Assembly: GCA_043228905.1 (NCBI GenBank)
Contig: JBHGNT010000808.1
Span: 1 to 15,230, forward strand
From: Azolla caroliniana
Taxonomy: Eukaryota > Plantae > Polypodiophyta
Direction: 5' to 3'
DNA length: 15,230 bases
The position numbers were made by a program, and so were the translations under genes. The notes beneath the pieces were generated by a model. It had not been told where the DNA came from, did no database searches, and saw only the letters and a list, made by a program, of their open reading frames with translations. This document shows, one piece after another, positions 8,476-15,230 of this stretch (positions within the stretch are counted from its first letter, which is position 1; each line of letters starts with the position of its first letter).

Positions 8476-9065
8476 ACAAGAACATTATCTATAGATTAGA
8501 GATTGACGGTTTGAACCAAGAGCTCTTGTTAAAGGTCATCTTTATGGTCATGCTTCTCTATGGATTACATATTATCACATGCGTTTATCCAATAAATCCT
8601 TTGAAGTTCACCTCCGTAAAATGAAGAGTAATATAATGGTAATATGAAAAACAAGAGATCCTATTAAAAATGTGATGGATAAAAATGTGATGAGAAATAA
8701 TAGTTCCTATATGTTCATGTGTGTTTTTAAGATGAAAAATCAAAGATCTTATGGCCTAATGGATGAGGCATTGGTCTTCAAAACCAAAGACTCTAGGTTC
8801 AATCCCAGGTGGGATCAACTTATGATCCTAGTCTACGAGATTAAAATTACGATGATAAAGAATTGTGGACTTGTGATGTGCATTTGTTGTAACCATATAA
8901 AAAGTGTGATCTTATACCTATTGTTTCAATTGAATGCATTCATTTACTAGGGCGATGTTGTTTAGGGAAAAGAAATGGTTTATTTGAAACAAATTCCTCA
9001 TTAAAAGTCTATTCAACAAGAACATCATCTATAGATTAGAGATTGACAGTTTGAAACAAAAGCTC
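8476..9065 (+). repeat. 50-bp direct repeat, 8476-8525 and 9016-9065
   Basis: ACAAGAACAT(T/C)ATCTATAGATTAGAGATTGAC(G/A)GTTTGAA.CAA.AGCTC, 46/50 identical. A weaker TTATCTATAGATT copy lies at ~8141. Confidence 0.85.
8745..8817 (+). pseudogene. tRNA-Arg-derived gene or pseudogene with TCA (opal-suppressor-type) anticodon
   Basis: GATCTTA TG GCCT AATGGATG AGGC A TTGGT CTTCAAA ACCAA AGACT CTAGG TTCAATC CCAGG TGGGATC A. Acceptor stem 7/7 (two G-U), D stem 4/4, anticodon stem 5/5, T stem with one A-A mismatch. Anticodon TCA is at 8778-8780. Confidence 0.75.
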
Positions 9066-10170
9066 CTATATGGGTGGACCAACCATATTGAAACTTAATA
9101 CTGTGTCTTACAAGAACTCATTTTTGATGAAAAGGTGAAGTTGGAGCATCGTTCATTGGTGAATAAATGTAGGGATCTTGTTACAAAACTCTTGGAACTT
9201 GGGCAAATTAAAAAGAAAGGCGTTGGAGAAATGTAGTTAATAAATACCAGCAAGTTGATTAAGTGTAGAATGATATGAATAATTAAAATACGTGGAAATT
9301 CTTCTTGAAAGAAATGCATGTGGATTGACTGTAAATTAATATGCTTAAGCAACTACTTTTAAAGTAGTTAATAACATATGATACGTTGATGGATTGCTAT
9401 GACTCATGTGTATTCTATATATAAATTATGAGCAATAAGATGTTTTAGGACAAAGTGATTCAAGGCCTATAAGGTGTGTATTGGTCAATAATACAGAAAA
9501 TCTCATGTGTCCAGGTGAGTGGCATGCTCAGTGTATAAGGCTTACTTATTAAAATACATTATTGCTTCTAGATAGAATAGGTTGTTTTGCCTAAACATAT
9601 ACATATATATGCAGTAATAATACATGTATTATGTGTTTATTTTGATAATTTCATAAGGTTATACTATTTATGTTATGTGTTAGGAAAGAGATGCCTTAAT
9701 GCTTCTGATAGATCCAATCACTAGTAACCAGCAAAGTGGTATTTTAGCTATATGGGCAAAGAAGTCATGTGATGATGATGATGGTATTCATATCAACATA
9801 CGGGCAAAAGTTTTATTGGCGGGTTTATCCAATGCAAAAGCATAAGTCTGCACAATGCACCATGTTAAAGACTGGATATCATGGTTTTTCCCATGAGATT
9901 ACAAGGAACAAGCTCTATAGAGAAAACCATCATGAAATGCATGCTTCTGAAAACCCTCGAGGAAAAGAAACAGAATCTATAATGGGGTTTTATATAGTGT
10001 TTAAAAGCATTTCTACTACTTTCTTTGATTTTCAATCATGATACTAGTGCTTGTTAGTGGACAGAATGGGTGCAAATGAAGATTATGTAAACGCCAAAAT
10101 TTACAAATGATTGCTTGCACAAATTAGTGTGGTCAGATACAAATATTTGTACAAAAATAAAGAGTGTCTC

Positions 10171-14154
<3,984 letters not shown>

Positions 14155-14187
14155 TTTCTTCTCTGCTGATTCTGAGGACTGTTGGGC

Positions 14188-14222
14188 AGAAGAAGAAGAA
14201 GAAGAAGGAGGAGGAGGAGGAA
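14188..14222. repeat. (GAA)n(GGA)n compound trinucleotide repeat in the NSI 5' leader (CT-rich on the coding strand)
   Basis: AGAAGAAGAAGAAGAAGAAGGAGGAGGAGGAGGAA, 34-68 nt upstream of the ATG at 14154. Confidence 0.9.
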
Positions 14223-14665
14223 GCAGAAACTGCCCAGAAACCATGACCACATATTTTTGTATTAGAGAGAGAAGGAGAGGTGAAGAGTGAGTGATATTTG
14301 GTGTAACAAAGAAATGAAGAATTGAACCCATGACCTTGAAGTGGCTACCTACCACTAAAGTTAGCTCAGATTATTCTTATTTGGCTTCTTAATAATACAT
14401 TGATCAATCATTCTTATAATTTGTTGAGGTTGATTTGAAAAATTGAACACTTAACGACATTCGCAAAAGCAATCAATTTAAGGTTTATCTGAACAATTGA
14501 GAGTTACAGTTACAATCAATTAAGGTTGATTTGTTGTCATTTGTGTTGAGGCTGAAGTGGGCGAATGAGTGCATTCGTGTTTATGATTTCGGGTATATGT
14601 TGAGACCAACATGGATGAGAACAGAAAGCAAGGATCTGACAATAGTTATTCTTGCTGGAGTCATC

Positions 14666-15162
14666 ACTCGCGTGATGCACAACTGGAATGAGCACGATTC
14701 TAGTACAATGTTTGGTTGTCAAGCTTGTGTCCACATGCCTAAAGATTTGTGCATTGAACTCGATCTGAAGTCGAGAAATTGCATTTTTGTTGGTATATAG
14801 CCATGATGCACAACTGGAATGCACAACTGGAATGAGCACGATTCTAGTACAATGTTTGGTTGTCAAGCTTGTGTCCACATGCCTAAAGATTTGTGCATTG
14901 AACTCGATCTGAAGTCGAGAAATTGCATTTTTGTTGGTATATAGCCATGATGCCAAGTTTGGATATCACGTGTCAGACCCAATTACTCGCGTGATGCACA
15001 ACTGGAATGAGCACGATTCTAGTACAATGTTTGGTTGTCAAGCTTGTGTCCACATGCCTAAAGATTTGTGCATTGAACTCGATCTGAAGTCGAGAAATTG
15101 CATTTTTGTTGGTATATAGCCATGATGCCAAGTTTGGATATCACGTGTCAGACCCAATTACT
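14666..15162. repeat. Nested perfect tandem duplications (175 bp, 131 bp, 13 bp)
   Basis: The core AACTGGAATGAGCACG...GGTATATAGCCATGATGC is present three times with no mismatch seen. Unit starts are 14666/14985 (ACTCGCGTG), 14673/14804 (TGATGCACAAC) and 14806/14819 (ATGCACAACTGGA). Confidence 0.95.
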
Positions 15163-15230
15163 AAGACTGTTATCCAGAACAACAACGTAGTCTTCTACAA
15201 AGAGAAGGTGCATTGGTGCCCAACAAAGGC
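14690..15230 (+). mobile_element. Ty1/copia retrotransposon pol fragment (region just C-terminal to the integrase core), frameshifted and triplicated
   Basis: FGCQACVHMPKDLCIELDLKSRNCIFVG / YSHDAKFGYHVSDPITKTVIQNNNVVFYKE matches the copia pattern FGCxAYVHIPKxxRxKLDxKSxxCIFVGY...GYRLxDPxxKKxIxSRDVVFxE. All three copies carry a frameshift at GGTATATAGC. No LTR is recognised, and the element may run off the window. Confidence 0.85.

Larger units (their letters stand above)
7559..9018 (+). repeat. Dispersed direct duplication of a ~280-290 bp unit (tRNA head + ~200 bp tail): 7559-7848 and ~8739-9018
   Basis: Shared blocks TGATCCTAGTCTACGAGAT.AAAATTA, AAAGTGTGAT, GCATTCATTTAC and TTTAGGGAAA.GAAATGGTTTATTTGA.ACAAATTCCTCATTAAAAGTCTATTC.ACA occur at an offset of ~1170-1178. 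The differences are mostly C/T and G/A. Confidence 0.9.

Noticed and set aside
8745-8817. tRNA-Sec interpretation of the UCA anticodon
   Set aside because: It lacks the long variable arm and extended acceptor/D stems of tRNA-Sec, and the body is clearly paralogous to the neighbouring tRNA-Arg(ACG).
8672-8950. 92-aa ORF over the third tRNA copy
   Set aside because: It overlaps a tRNA-derived repeat, has no recognisable motif, and no equivalent ORF is listed for the paralogous copy.
9095-10041. Short ORFs 9095..9352 and 9769..10041
   Set aside because: They have non-ATG starts and no motifs, and lie in AT-rich intergenic or NSI 3' flank sequence.
14537-14956. 139-aa minus-strand ORF with an internal repeat as a novel protein
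   Set aside because: It is the antisense reading of the duplicated copia fragment; the 144-nt (131+13) spacing merely keeps the frame.

Overview
AT-rich eukaryotic (land-plant) nuclear DNA with two convergent, intron-split genes for plastid-targeted proteins. On the + strand is an 8-exon DUF1499-family gene (604-6232, 244 aa) whose 4.2 kb third intron carries a decayed antisense LINE that looks RTE-X-like. On the - strand is a 9-exon GNAT acetyltransferase of the NSI/GNAT2/SNAT1 type (14154-10171, 278 aa). The 3.9 kb between them holds a decaying cluster of three tRNA-Arg-derived units with anticodons TTG, ACG and TCA; the last folds almost fully and would read the UGA stop codon. Upstream of NSI is a Ty1/copia fragment expanded by three nested microhomology-bounded duplications. 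Family assignments come from recalled motif similarity; no database search was run. I see no prokaryote-type system such as CRISPR or an operon.
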